A stretch of DNA of 64,000 bases from Gammaproteobacteria bacterium. GTDB taxonomy: Bacteria; Pseudomonadota; Gammaproteobacteria; Eutrophobiales; Eutrophobiaceae. The DNA is taken from contig JAURPG010000021.1 of assembly GCA_030835405.1 (NCBI GenBank), forward strand, positions 4,422 through 68,421, read 5' to 3'. Below are positions 29,455-39,581 of this stretch, in pieces. A program made the translations under genes and the position numbers. The notes under the pieces were generated by a model that was given only the letters and a program-made list of their open reading frames with translations, searched no databases and was not told the origin of the DNA. Numbering within the stretch: the first letter of the stretch is position 1; each line of letters begins with the position of its first letter.

Positions 29455-30306
29455 ATGAAAAATTCCCCAATCGAAAGAAAAATATATAGTAATGAACCAT
29501 TACTAAAAGATCCTAAGCAGCTGTTTAGACAAATGATTATGGATCTGTCAAATTCCAGGGAGCTGGCCTGGAGGTTACTGGTTCGTAATATTAGCGCCCA
29601 ATATCGCCAATCTTTGCTGGGGTATATCTGGGCAATATTACCTCCGATTTTTGTAACCGCGATATGGGTATTTTTAAACAGTAAAAAAATAATCCAGTTT
29701 AGTGTAGTTGATATTCCATATCCAGTTTTTGTATTGACAGGTACTGTGGTATGGCAGTCGTTTGTGGATTCTATTCTGATCCCATTAAAATTAATCAATC
29801 AATCACAGCCGATGCTGGCAAAAATTAACTTCCCAAGAGAATCACTAATATTGGCAAGTTTGGGTGAAATTTTATTTAATCATTTAATACGCTTGTCTGT
29901 TTTATTTATATTTCTTTTTTTTTATGAATTTAATATACCCTTAACTACCTGGCTTGCACCAATTGGCATGCTTTCCATAATAATTATGGGCATGGCAATA
30001 GGTGTGTTATTAACACCACTGGGAATGTTATATGACGATGTTGAACGAGGAGTCCAGTTAGGAGTGCAGGCCTGGTTTTTTTTGACACCTGTAATCTATT
30101 CAGTTCCAGATACATCATCCCATTTAGTATTATTCAATCCCATTGGCCCATTACTTGTCACAACGCGTGAATTCTTAACAACAGGTCAGTTTCAATATAT
30201 GCCTGCCTTCATGATTTATAGTATTTTGGGATTAATTCTTTTATTCATTGGTTGGGTAATATTCAGATTATCGCTACCCCATATACTATCCAGAATAAGT
30301 GCATAG
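29455..30306 (+). CDS. wzm: Polysaccharide ABC transporter permease Wzm
   Basis: RNISAQYRQSLLGYIWAIL, KINFPRE, FFLTPVIY, NP motif; ~6 TM helices. Confidence 0.9.
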   Translation: MKNSPIERKIYSNEPLLKDPKQLFRQMIMDLSNSRELAWRLLVRNISAQYRQSLLGYIWAILPPIFVTAIWVFLNSKKIIQFSVVDIPYPVFVLTGTVVWQSFVDSILIPLKLINQSQPMLAKINFPRESLILASLGEILFNHLIRLSVLFIFLFFYEFNIPLTTWLAPIGMLSIIIMGMAIGVLLTPLGMLYDDVERGVQLGVQAWFFLTPVIYSVPDTSSHLVLFNPIGPLLVTTREFLTTGQFQYMPAFMIYSILGLILLFIGWVIFRLSLPHILSRISA

Positions 30307-30315
30307 ATATTGCCC

Positions 30316-31521
30316 ATGACAAAAGATACTCTAATATCAGTTGAAGACTTATCTAAAAAGTTTTGCCGCTCTTTAAAACATTCACTTTGGTACGGAATAC
30401 AGGATATATCTCATGAATTAGTAAAATCTTCAGATCAAAACCTGATTTTGAGAGATGAAGAGTTCTGGGTATTGGAAAATATTTCATTTGAGTTGAGGCG
30501 CGGTGAATGTCTGGGTTTAATAGGGGCAAATGGTGCTGGCAAGAGCACGTTATTAAAAATATTAAATGGGTTGATAAAACCAGATGTCGGGAAAATTACA
30601 ATATGGGGAAATGTTGGAGCTTTAATTGAGTTGGGCTCAGGCATTAATCCAATACTGACTGGTAGGGAAAATATATATATAAACGGTGCAGTGCTTGGGC
30701 TTGGTAAAAAAGAAGTCGATGAAAAATTAGATTCTATAATTGAATTCGCAGAACTAAAGGACTCCATAGATGCCCCGGTGAAAAATTATTCTACCGGTAT
30801 GAAAGTCAGGTTGGGTTTTGCCATAGCGGCACAGATTAAACCGGATATATTAATTATTGACGAAGTCCTGTCTGTCGGTGATGTGGGATTTCAAGCGAAG
30901 TGTTTTAATCATATATGTGACCTTCTGGATTCAACAGCCATTATCCTGGTGTCACATTCAATGCAACAGATTTCCAGATTATGCACACACTCTCTGCATT
31001 TACATAGTGGCAAGATTAAATATCTTGGTGATGATGTAGGTGCATCTGTGGCAAGTTATTACAAGCATTCGCACTTAAATCAGTCCATATTTGAATTTGG
31101 AGAAGGGCAGGCAGAGATTCACCGGGTGGACATAGAAAGTGATCAGACACTAAACCCATCAGTCATTAATTCCGGGGAATCATTAAAGATACATGTGACC
31201 TTCAGCGCAGACAGTGACATAAAAAACCTATCTATAGGGTTTGTATTTTCATCTGAGGGACTGGTAGGCGTGTTGTCATGTTTATCCAATCTGGATGGAT
31301 TTCAAATTCAAAATAACGGAAAACAAATGACAATAACCGCAAATCTAGGTGCTATTAGGCTAAACCCAGGAACATATTGGTTAAGAGTGGGGATATTGGC
31401 AGATAATTTTGGAAAAATACTGGTACGCAAAGACAATATAAAAAGTTTCATTGTAAAAGGCCCCATCGTTCAATGGGCTCCGGTTCAATGGCGAGCAGAT
31501 TGGAAAATTAATCCCACCTAA
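30316..31521 (+). CDS. wzt: Polysaccharide ABC transporter ATPase Wzt with a C-terminal carbohydrate-binding domain
   Basis: GANGAGKST, YSTGMKVRLGF, IDEVLSVGD, VSH; ~150-aa beta-rich C-terminal domain (LNPGTY). Confidence 0.9.
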   Translation: MTKDTLISVEDLSKKFCRSLKHSLWYGIQDISHELVKSSDQNLILRDEEFWVLENISFELRRGECLGLIGANGAGKSTLLKILNGLIKPDVGKITIWGNVGALIELGSGINPILTGRENIYINGAVLGLGKKEVDEKLDSIIEFAELKDSIDAPVKNYSTGMKVRLGFAIAAQIKPDILIIDEVLSVGDVGFQAKCFNHICDLLDSTAIILVSHSMQQISRLCTHSLHLHSGKIKYLGDDVGASVASYYKHSHLNQSIFEFGEGQAEIHRVDIESDQTLNPSVINSGESLKIHVTFSADSDIKNLSIGFVFSSEGLVGVLSCLSNLDGFQIQNNGKQMTITANLGAIRLNPGTYWLRVGILADNFGKILVRKDNIKSFIVKGPIVQWAPVQWRADWKINPT

Positions 31522-31531
31522 AAGAAACTTT

Positions 31532-32551
31532 ATGATGAATCCAATTAAAGCCCGAACTGACTCGCTAGACAAGAAGAAATTCTTTATACATATCGGCACC
31601 CCAAAGACCGGGTCGACATCACTGGAAAAATTTTTGTATGAAAACAGGGGCGTATTAAAGACCCAAGGATATCTGTATCCGGAAGAAACCATCAGGGGTT
31701 ATGGTCATCACGATATAGCTTATCTGGCGAGCGGTACATACCCGAGGTGGGCAACCCCACAGCAAAGATCATTATCGGAATTAATAAATAGTCTTAGATG
31801 TGAAACAGGTAACCATAATGATAAAAAGATTATTCTGAGCAGTGAGATATTTTATTTGTTAGCCAATCCCAATGATGTGGCAAAAGTAATCGAAAGTCTT
31901 GGGTTCCAAATACAAGATGTTCAGACTATTGTCTATCTGAGAAGACAGGATGAAGCGCATCAGTCATGGTATAACCAAAAGGTCAAGGCCCAGGGATACA
32001 CAGGAAATATTCATGATTCAATTAAGGAATCCTGGGAATTATGGGATTACCAGAAATCTCTTGGGCCCTGGAGTAAGACTTTTGGAAAAGAAAACATAAT
32101 TCTTCGAGCATATGAAACCGAATCATTAATTGGGCAGGATATACGCAGTGATTTTATTCATTGTCTGGGTATTGCCATAGATAAGCTTGTGTTTTCAGAA
32201 GAGAATATAAATTCCCGGTTATGCCGTGATTTGCTTGAATTTCAAAGACATATAAATACATTGCCGATTTCGTTTATCAAAAAACGAAAATATATGAACA
32301 AGTTAATTGAGCTGACAAATGCTTCGAAAGATAACGATAAACTTTCAGATACACCACTACTATCGATAAAGCAGAGAAAAGAGATCATGAATGCTTATGA
32401 TGTGACAAATAAATATGTTGCCAGGGAGTATATGAATACAGATCAATTATTTGAATCTTCAATACGCGGTGAAGTACAAGATGTGGAAGTTGAGACATCA
32501 TTATCATTAAAAAAACTGTCTTATATTTTATATTGGATATTATTCAGGTAA
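31532..32551 (+). CDS. Sulfotransferase-fold (P-loop) protein
   Basis: IHIGTPKTGSTSLE, ILSSE, VYLRRQD. Confidence 0.7.
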   Translation: MMNPIKARTDSLDKKKFFIHIGTPKTGSTSLEKFLYENRGVLKTQGYLYPEETIRGYGHHDIAYLASGTYPRWATPQQRSLSELINSLRCETGNHNDKKIILSSEIFYLLANPNDVAKVIESLGFQIQDVQTIVYLRRQDEAHQSWYNQKVKAQGYTGNIHDSIKESWELWDYQKSLGPWSKTFGKENIILRAYETESLIGQDIRSDFIHCLGIAIDKLVFSEENINSRLCRDLLEFQRHINTLPISFIKKRKYMNKLIELTNASKDNDKLSDTPLLSIKQRKEIMNAYDVTNKYVAREYMNTDQLFESSIRGEVQDVEVETSLSLKKLSYILYWILFR

Positions 32552-32566
32552 AGACAAGGGCAATAT

Positions 32567-33277
32567 ATGCATGATTATAAACAGGATGAGGCCAGATTAA
32601 CCTTCTATAAGACCCATCCGGAACAATGTGACCCTGATGATTTATGGGGGCAGGTAATGCGGACGGTAAATGGTAAGCCTGTGCCAGAAGAACAAATTAA
32701 TTTAATTATTGAATTTGTTGTCAGATCTTTAAATCTACATAAAGAAGATGTATTACTGGATTTGTGCTGTGGTAATGGGGCCTTGACTGACAGGTTATTT
32801 AACTTTTGCGCAGGAGGCGTGGGAATTGATTTCTCAGAGCCATTAATAAGTATCGCTAATAAAAAATTTCATAAGGAAAATCAACGGGATTATTTCTTAA
32901 GTGATATTGAAGACTTTCTGAATAAAGAAAATACCTGTCATCAATATACAAAAGCGATTTGTTATGGGTCATTTATGTATTTGACAGAAAAAAAAGCTTT
33001 AAACGTCCTCAAGCTATTGTGTGAGAAATTTACTGGTGTTGAAAAGTTTCTAATTGGAAACCTCCCGGACAAAAACAAGATTGAAACATTTGCCAAAAAC
33101 AGGGGAGTGGAAAAAATAATTGCAGATGATCCTGCTGAACCATTTGGTATCTGGAGGACAAAAAGGGAATTTTCAAAAATGGCAAATATGGCAGGATGGA
33201 ATGTGACATTCAGTGAAATGCCGGAAAATTTTTATTCAGCTGGTTACCGGTATGATGCATTACTAATCAGGCAGTAG
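32567..33277 (+). CDS. Class I SAM-dependent methyltransferase
   Basis: LLDLCCGNG motif I, GIDFS. Confidence 0.85.
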   Translation: MHDYKQDEARLTFYKTHPEQCDPDDLWGQVMRTVNGKPVPEEQINLIIEFVVRSLNLHKEDVLLDLCCGNGALTDRLFNFCAGGVGIDFSEPLISIANKKFHKENQRDYFLSDIEDFLNKENTCHQYTKAICYGSFMYLTEKKALNVLKLLCEKFTGVEKFLIGNLPDKNKIETFAKNRGVEKIIADDPAEPFGIWRTKREFSKMANMAGWNVTFSEMPENFYSAGYRYDALLIRQ

Positions 33278-33285
33278 GATATTCA

Positions 33286-34092
33286 ATGAACGTAATCTGG
33301 TTTAGTGGGATGCCAAGATCGGGGACAAACTGGGTTTCCCAATTCTTTGCGGCTAGTCCGCAGATCAGAGTGAAGTTTTGTCCGTTATTTTCATATAAAT
33401 TTAAAAACTCCATGTCCGAGTCAGACGATAAAAATTCCTGGAGACAATTTTTTAATAATGTATATGCAACCCCCGACGAATTTATGGACCAGTTATATCT
33501 TTCCAGAGAAGGATTGCTGCCAGTCTTTAATGATAAAGAGAATACTCCTTCAACCTTGTTGATTAAATCTAATCGATTTCATAATTTAAGTTATAAAGTA
33601 ATGAAGAAAATACCTGAAATGAAAATGGTCGGAATTGTACGTGATCCTGTTGCGGCAATAGGATCATGGCTTAATAATCCAATTGAGTTTCCAGCGGATG
33701 CAAATCCTATTGAAGAGTGGCGTACCGGGGCGTGTAGAAAAACCGGACCAGAAGAATATTGGGGCTTCAATGATTGGATGGAGGTAACAAGGTTGTATAT
33801 GCAAATGGAAAAGGAATTCTCCGAGAGATTTATGCTTGTCCGTTATGAGGAGATTGTGGGAAATCCACATCGGATTGCGAGGGAAATATTTGAAAAAATG
33901 GACTTAAAATATACTCAGCATGTCGATGACTTTATTGATAGTTCTATGTCTACCCATGTTGAACATCCACGTTCTGTATTCAGAAAAAACCATGATGTAA
34001 AAAAATGGGGAAAAAGCTTAAGTAAAGATATAGTCAATAATATTTATAAGGAAATTAGAGGCACAAGTCTGGAAAGGTTTATTTATGAATAA
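33286..34092 (+). CDS. PAPS-dependent sulfotransferase
   Basis: GMPRSGTNW (5'-PSB), IVRDP (3'-PB), VRYEE. Confidence 0.85.
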   Translation: MNVIWFSGMPRSGTNWVSQFFAASPQIRVKFCPLFSYKFKNSMSESDDKNSWRQFFNNVYATPDEFMDQLYLSREGLLPVFNDKENTPSTLLIKSNRFHNLSYKVMKKIPEMKMVGIVRDPVAAIGSWLNNPIEFPADANPIEEWRTGACRKTGPEEYWGFNDWMEVTRLYMQMEKEFSERFMLVRYEEIVGNPHRIAREIFEKMDLKYTQHVDDFIDSSMSTHVEHPRSVFRKNHDVKKWGKSLSKDIVNNIYKEIRGTSLERFIYE

Positions 34093-35332
34093 ACCACTAA
34101 AAAACAGAATTGAAGACCTGGCAATATTTTCAGGGAAGAAATTATTTGATAAGCCCAGGCCAATAGGCCAACTATGGTCTCTAGACAGAAAAATATTTCA
34201 TGAATTGGTGAATCAGATATATGAGAACCATCGTATTACTAATAATGGGGAACTCATAAAGACATTAGAATCAGAATTGAGGGAATTACATTCCTGTAAC
34301 TATGTTATTGCCTTTGCGAACGCAAGTATCGCGATAGCTGCGCTACTGAAAATAATAAATAAAGATTACTATTCACAAAAAAATGGTGAAGTAATCTTGC
34401 CCGCTTTTACATATGTCGGTCTTCCGCATTTGATCAGGTGGGCCGGTTTGAAGCCCATATTTGTCGATGTCGATGAACAAAACCATACCTTGTCACCTGA
34501 GGCCAGTCTGGAAAAAATAAATAGTAATACGGCTGCGATATTACCCGTGCATCAGGTGAACAGGCCAGTCAATATCGATGAATTTTCAGCTATTTCCAGT
34601 AAATTTGATATTCCAATTATTTATGATGCAGTTCATGGTGTGTTTTGTAGGGTTGACAATGTTCCTGTCGGTGGCTTTGGTCTGGCAGAAGTATTTAGTC
34701 TGCATGCAACAAAATTAATTAACGGTTTTGAGGGTGGCTACGTAACGACGAATGATAAAAGTCTTAAAGAAAAATTAAGGACAATCAGAAATTTTGGGAT
34801 TATATCAGGTGATAATATTGACAGTATCGGTATTAATGGAAAATTGAATGAGATACATGCTGCATCAGCACTGTCGTCGCTAAATAGCTCAAAAGAGATT
34901 TTATCTGGGAACAAAAGAAGGTTTAATAAATACACTGAAGTATTCTCAAAAATACCTGGTTTAAGTTGGGTAGACTATGAAGAACATCCTGAAACCGGGG
35001 GGGTATATGAATATAACTATGAATTTTTTCTCCTGGCAGTACCTGAATCCTGGCCACTAGATCGCGACACATTGGTCAGGATGCTTAGAGATGAGGGTGC
35101 ATTGGCCCGAGGTTACTATTCGCCTCCTGTCCACCTTAGTTCTCATTTTCCATCAGGACAGACAGTACCATCTTTACCTATAACCGAAATGTTATCCAAA
35201 AGATATATCCAAATGCCTGTGGGAGAGTTGGTGAATGAGGACGATATAGTTGCCCTGGGAGATTGGTTCTTATTTGTTTATAAGCATTCAGAACAAATAA
35301 GTAAAAAACTTGGCGGATATACAAATGAATAA
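34085..35332 (+). CDS. DegT/DnrJ/EryC1/StrS PLP aminotransferase
   Basis: PAFTY, YDAVH, SLHATKLINGFEGG, RNFG, NGKLNE. Confidence 0.9.
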   Translation: MNKPLKNRIEDLAIFSGKKLFDKPRPIGQLWSLDRKIFHELVNQIYENHRITNNGELIKTLESELRELHSCNYVIAFANASIAIAALLKIINKDYYSQKNGEVILPAFTYVGLPHLIRWAGLKPIFVDVDEQNHTLSPEASLEKINSNTAAILPVHQVNRPVNIDEFSAISSKFDIPIIYDAVHGVFCRVDNVPVGGFGLAEVFSLHATKLINGFEGGYVTTNDKSLKEKLRTIRNFGIISGDNIDSIGINGKLNEIHAASALSSLNSSKEILSGNKRRFNKYTEVFSKIPGLSWVDYEEHPETGGVYEYNYEFFLLAVPESWPLDRDTLVRMLRDEGALARGYYSPPVHLSSHFPSGQTVPSLPITEMLSKRYIQMPVGELVNEDDIVALGDWFLFVYKHSEQISKKLGGYTNE

Positions 35333-36527
35333 TCTATTTTCTCTTTTGAGCGATAAAAAACCTGAATTTGATGCCCCTTTACACGTAGGGCAGTTATATT
35401 TACCTGAGAGAAAAGCATTTGATGCGGCATTCAATGCTGTATTCGACCGGCATTATTTTACTAACCATGGACCACTGGTGGAATCTCTTGACCTGGAAAT
35501 TGCAGAATATCTGGGTGTAAATCATGCGGTGTGTATGACCAGCGGGACCATAGCCATCATGGTTGCCTGTAAGGCGCTAGATTTAAAGGGTACTGTTATT
35601 GTTCCCTCATTCACCTTTTGTGCCACTGTACAGGCGTTATTATGGTCGGGATTGAAACCTATATTTTGCGATGTAGATAACGAATCTCATAATATCGATA
35701 CAGACAAGATTCAGGCCTTGATTCGGGAAGATACATGCGCAATTGTAGGTGTCCATTTATGGGGGCGACCATGCGATGTAAATTTACTTCAGTCAATCGC
35801 AGATAAAAATAATCTTAAATTGATTTTTGATGCATGTCATGCGTTTGGCGTTACATCAGATAATATAAAGGTTGGAAATTTCGGTGATCTTGAGATTTTT
35901 TCATTTCATGCAACCAAGATTCTCAATGCTGCAGAAGGTGGTTGTGTTACCACAAACTCACCTGATATTGCAGCAAGGTTAAAGACTATCCGTAATTTCC
36001 ATTCATCAGATGTTGATGCTGATGTCTCGCTTAGAATCAATGGCAAGATGTCTGAGGCACAAGCTGCGATGGCCCAGCTTTCTTTACAAAACCTGGAAAT
36101 GAACATAGCAAATAATAAAAGTCAGTGGAATACTTATTATAATGAATTAAGTTCTATTGCCGGACTGAAAATAATTATTTTAGATAATTCGCAAGCACAA
36201 AATTACCAGTATTTTGTATGCGAAATTATAGAAGAAGACTTTGGGCTTAGTCGAGACCAGCTTCTGGAATTATTAGTTGCTGAAAACATCCAGGCAAGAA
36301 AATATTTTAATCCACCTGCACATGCTCTTAATGCAATAGACGATTTTACTATTTGGACAAGTTTACCTATTACGGAAAAGCTTTGCGGACGTGTGCTGCA
36401 GTTACCATTAGGCTCATCAGGCAGCATCAAGAATGCTAAACGTGTATCAAATATTATAAGGTTGGCTAATGAGAATTCAAATCATATCAAACAATACTTT
36501 TTAGCTGAGAATACAAAAGATTTTTAA
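35325..36527 (+). CDS. Second DegT-family PLP aminotransferase
   Basis: PSFTFCAT, FDACHAFG, SFHATKILNAAEGG, NGKMSE; ATG at 35325 overlaps the previous stop. Confidence 0.9.
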   Translation: MNNLFSLLSDKKPEFDAPLHVGQLYLPERKAFDAAFNAVFDRHYFTNHGPLVESLDLEIAEYLGVNHAVCMTSGTIAIMVACKALDLKGTVIVPSFTFCATVQALLWSGLKPIFCDVDNESHNIDTDKIQALIREDTCAIVGVHLWGRPCDVNLLQSIADKNNLKLIFDACHAFGVTSDNIKVGNFGDLEIFSFHATKILNAAEGGCVTTNSPDIAARLKTIRNFHSSDVDADVSLRINGKMSEAQAAMAQLSLQNLEMNIANNKSQWNTYYNELSSIAGLKIIILDNSQAQNYQYFVCEIIEEDFGLSRDQLLELLVAENIQARKYFNPPAHALNAIDDFTIWTSLPITEKLCGRVLQLPLGSSGSIKNAKRVSNIIRLANENSNHIKQYFLAENTKDF

Positions 36528-36529
36528 AT

Positions 36530-37237
36530 ATGCTGCAATCAATTGCAATAATGCAACCGTATTATTTTCCGTATATTGGATATTTCAAACTTATCCATAA
36601 AACAGACTTATGGGTGGCTTTCGATATTGTGCAATACAATAGTAAGTCATGGATGAATAGAAATAGGGTTCTACACCCCAAACAGGGTTGGCAATATATA
36701 AACGTTCCAGTCAATAAGGCAGGGCATGGGACAAGCATAAATAAAATCAAGGTAGTGAATAAGCAGCAAGCCTTAAGCAAGGTGCTAGGACAAATTAATC
36801 ATTACAAAAAATATGCGCCATATTTTAATCAAGTGATTAAAGTGATAGAGAAAGGTTTTAATGAAACCAGTTCAGATTTATTGCTGGATCTTAATTTATC
36901 AATTATGTCTTCTGTATGCAGATATTTAGGGATAAGTTTTAATTGGAAACTTTGTTCAGATCTGAAAATTGATAATGCAAAAATAAAGCATGCAGGTGAT
37001 TGGGCATTGGAGATATCAGATAAGCTTGGCGCAAAAGAATATTTTAATCTCCCAGGAGGTGTGAATCTATTTAACCATGAAGACTGGAGGCAAAGAAATA
37101 TTGGGCTCAATTTTATTGAAACAGATTTGATGGAATATAGCTGTAAACCTTATGTTTTTGAGGAGAATCTCTCAATAATTGATGTGTTAATGTGGAATGA
37201 TCCGAATAGCTTGCTTGAGTATTTGGACGAAAAATAA
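36530..37237 (+). CDS. WbqC-family protein (putative amino-sugar N-acyl/glycyl transferase)
   Basis: IMQPYYFPYIGYF, WMNRNR, Y..APYF, LSIIDVLMW. Confidence 0.88.
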   Translation: MLQSIAIMQPYYFPYIGYFKLIHKTDLWVAFDIVQYNSKSWMNRNRVLHPKQGWQYINVPVNKAGHGTSINKIKVVNKQQALSKVLGQINHYKKYAPYFNQVIKVIEKGFNETSSDLLLDLNLSIMSSVCRYLGISFNWKLCSDLKIDNAKIKHAGDWALEISDKLGAKEYFNLPGGVNLFNHEDWRQRNIGLNFIETDLMEYSCKPYVFEENLSIIDVLMWNDPNSLLEYLDEK

Positions 37238-37242
37238 AAAAC

Positions 37243-38220
37243 ATGAATATATTTTCAGGAAAAAGTAAACAGCCAAAACCAGTTGTCTCGGTTTGTATTC
37301 AGACATATCAACACGGTGATTATATCTCACAGGCGTTAGATAGTGTTCTTGAGCAGGAATGTGAATTTCCGTATGAAATACTACTTGGTGAAGATGGATC
37401 TACTGACGGAACGCGGGAAATTTGTAATGAATATGCCCAGAAGTATCCGGATGTGATCAGGTTGTTTTTAAATGACCGAAGTAATGTGATTTATATCGAT
37501 GGGTACCCGACTGGCAGATGGAATTTTCTTAATAATGTGAAACACGCTAATGGTAAATACATTGCACTTTTATCAGGAGATGATTACTGGCAGGCAAATG
37601 ACAAGTTGCAGCAACAAATCGATATGCTTGAAAATAATGATAAATATTCCATGTGTTTTCACGATGTGAATATTTTGCATGATGATGGTTCTCTTGAAGA
37701 ATTTCCGGATTTGTCAGGCCATACAGAAATTAACCTTGAAGATTTATTTGATCAATGGTTTATCCCAACATGCAGCATGGTTTTTAGAAACAATATTAAT
37801 TTTCCAGAATGGTTTACGGATGTGGCAAGTGGCGATATTGCACTACATTTTTTACTAGCAGAACAAGGTAAATTTTACTATTTGAAAAATAATATGGGGG
37901 TGTACAGAAAGCATGCAGGAGGAGTGTCCAGTACTCATAATCATTATAAAAAAGCAGTGGACATGAGCAGGCTATATCATTATCTAGATCTGCATTTTAA
38001 TAGAAAATATAGAGATAAGATTAATAACGCCATCAAGGGAGAAATTTATCTTCATATTGAACAACCACATCTTCTGGAAAAGGAAATTACCAAAGCCAAG
38101 GTTGATGCGAAAATAAAATCCATGACAAGAGTGTTAAATCACCCGTTAATAAAACCAATAGTTCTTTTATTAAAAAAAATTAAAAGGGACAAGAGATTTG
38201 GCGTTTATGAAGAAAATTAA
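37243..38220 (+). CDS. GT2 glycosyltransferase
   Basis: VSVCIQTYQH, EDGSTDGT, GDDYW, KLQQQ. Confidence 0.9.
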   Translation: MNIFSGKSKQPKPVVSVCIQTYQHGDYISQALDSVLEQECEFPYEILLGEDGSTDGTREICNEYAQKYPDVIRLFLNDRSNVIYIDGYPTGRWNFLNNVKHANGKYIALLSGDDYWQANDKLQQQIDMLENNDKYSMCFHDVNILHDDGSLEEFPDLSGHTEINLEDLFDQWFIPTCSMVFRNNINFPEWFTDVASGDIALHFLLAEQGKFYYLKNNMGVYRKHAGGVSSTHNHYKKAVDMSRLYHYLDLHFNRKYRDKINNAIKGEIYLHIEQPHLLEKEITKAKVDAKIKSMTRVLNHPLIKPIVLLLKKIKRDKRFGVYEEN

Positions 38221-38322
38221 ATTATTGTTAATGAGAAGTGAATTTATATCTTATATACGTATATATAGCAGATGGTTGAATGCTGAAAAAAATGCTGATA
38301 ATTGTATTCGAAGAGACTGGTT

Positions 38323-39576
38323 ATGAAAGTTGTACTTTTGTCTACATCAGACATTGGACATGGCGCTGGTGTAGCTGCATACAGGTTACACAGATCACTT
38401 GTTAGTGCAGGTATTGAATCAAAAATGCTTGTTTGTGAGAAATTGTCTAATGATGATTCAGTATTTGAGATATTGAGTGAACCAAAGCATAAGGTCTGGA
38501 AATATCTCCGTAAGCTTGTTCATAAGTTAGAGAATCTAATAAATTATCTTGGACCTCAGTGTGCATTTTCATTACTAAGTATATTTTTGATATTCCATCC
38601 AATACTTAAATCTGCGGACATTATCCATTTTCATAATATACATTGGACCAGGAAAAACCTTTCTTTATTACTGCTTTTTTTGAAAAAACCAATTGTATGG
38701 ACATTGCACGATATGTGGCCGGTAACAGGACATTGTATTTACTCCTATGAATGTGAAAACTGGAAGAATGGGTGTGGTAGTTGCCCGGATCTTAATATTT
38801 ATCTTCCATTATTTTTTGACAACACGGCATATCAATGGAAATTAAAAAAATATATATATGACAAAACCAGGCCAATCCTGGTATCACCGTCAAAATGGCT
38901 GGAACAGATAACAAACATATCGCCACTGTTTAATAATTGTCTGAAATATAGAATTCCGTATGGTGTAGACCATCTTGAGTTTATGCCAATGGATAAATTT
39001 GAAGCCAGACAGAAACTTGGGTTAAAAAAGGATTGTAAATATTTATTGTGGGCTGCGTCAGATATTAATGATCAGCGTAAGGGGTTTAAATATTTTGAGA
39101 GGGCTATGGAGTCATTTGCAGCTATCGCCCCGACTGAAAATATTGAAATTTTGATTGTTGGGCGAGGTTATTCACAGTCAAGTGTGATTGAAAAACATTT
39201 TAAAGTTAATGATCTGGGGCATTTGGAAAATTTTAATGACCTGTCCTTCGTAATAGCTGCTGCAAATATATTTATCACGACCAGTATTCAGGACAATTTA
39301 CCAAATATCATTCTTGAAAGCCTGTCATGTGGTACTCCAGTGGTTGGTTTTGGTATTGGCGGTATACCAGATATGGTAAACAACGGGAAAAATGGATTGT
39401 TAATATCTGAAAATAACCATGAACATCTGGCAAGTGCAATAAACCGGGTAATTTTTGATGATACAAACCTGAAAGCAATGGAAGAATCGGCGAGAGACAA
39501 GGTGCTAAAAGAATTCACTTTCGAGAAACAGGCTGCAGGATATGAATCGATATATAAAGCAGCACTAGAAAAATAA
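38323..39576 (+). CDS. GT4 glycosyltransferase (WcaC-like)
   Basis: GAGVAAYRLH, WTLHDMWPVTGHC, CGSCP, DNLPNIILESLSCGTPVV. Confidence 0.88.
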   Translation: MKVVLLSTSDIGHGAGVAAYRLHRSLVSAGIESKMLVCEKLSNDDSVFEILSEPKHKVWKYLRKLVHKLENLINYLGPQCAFSLLSIFLIFHPILKSADIIHFHNIHWTRKNLSLLLLFLKKPIVWTLHDMWPVTGHCIYSYECENWKNGCGSCPDLNIYLPLFFDNTAYQWKLKKYIYDKTRPILVSPSKWLEQITNISPLFNNCLKYRIPYGVDHLEFMPMDKFEARQKLGLKKDCKYLLWAASDINDQRKGFKYFERAMESFAAIAPTENIEILIVGRGYSQSSVIEKHFKVNDLGHLENFNDLSFVIAAANIFITTSIQDNLPNIILESLSCGTPVVGFGIGGIPDMVNNGKNGLLISENNHEHLASAINRVIFDDTNLKAMEESARDKVLKEFTFEKQAAGYESIYKAALEK

Positions 39577-39581
39577 GAATC

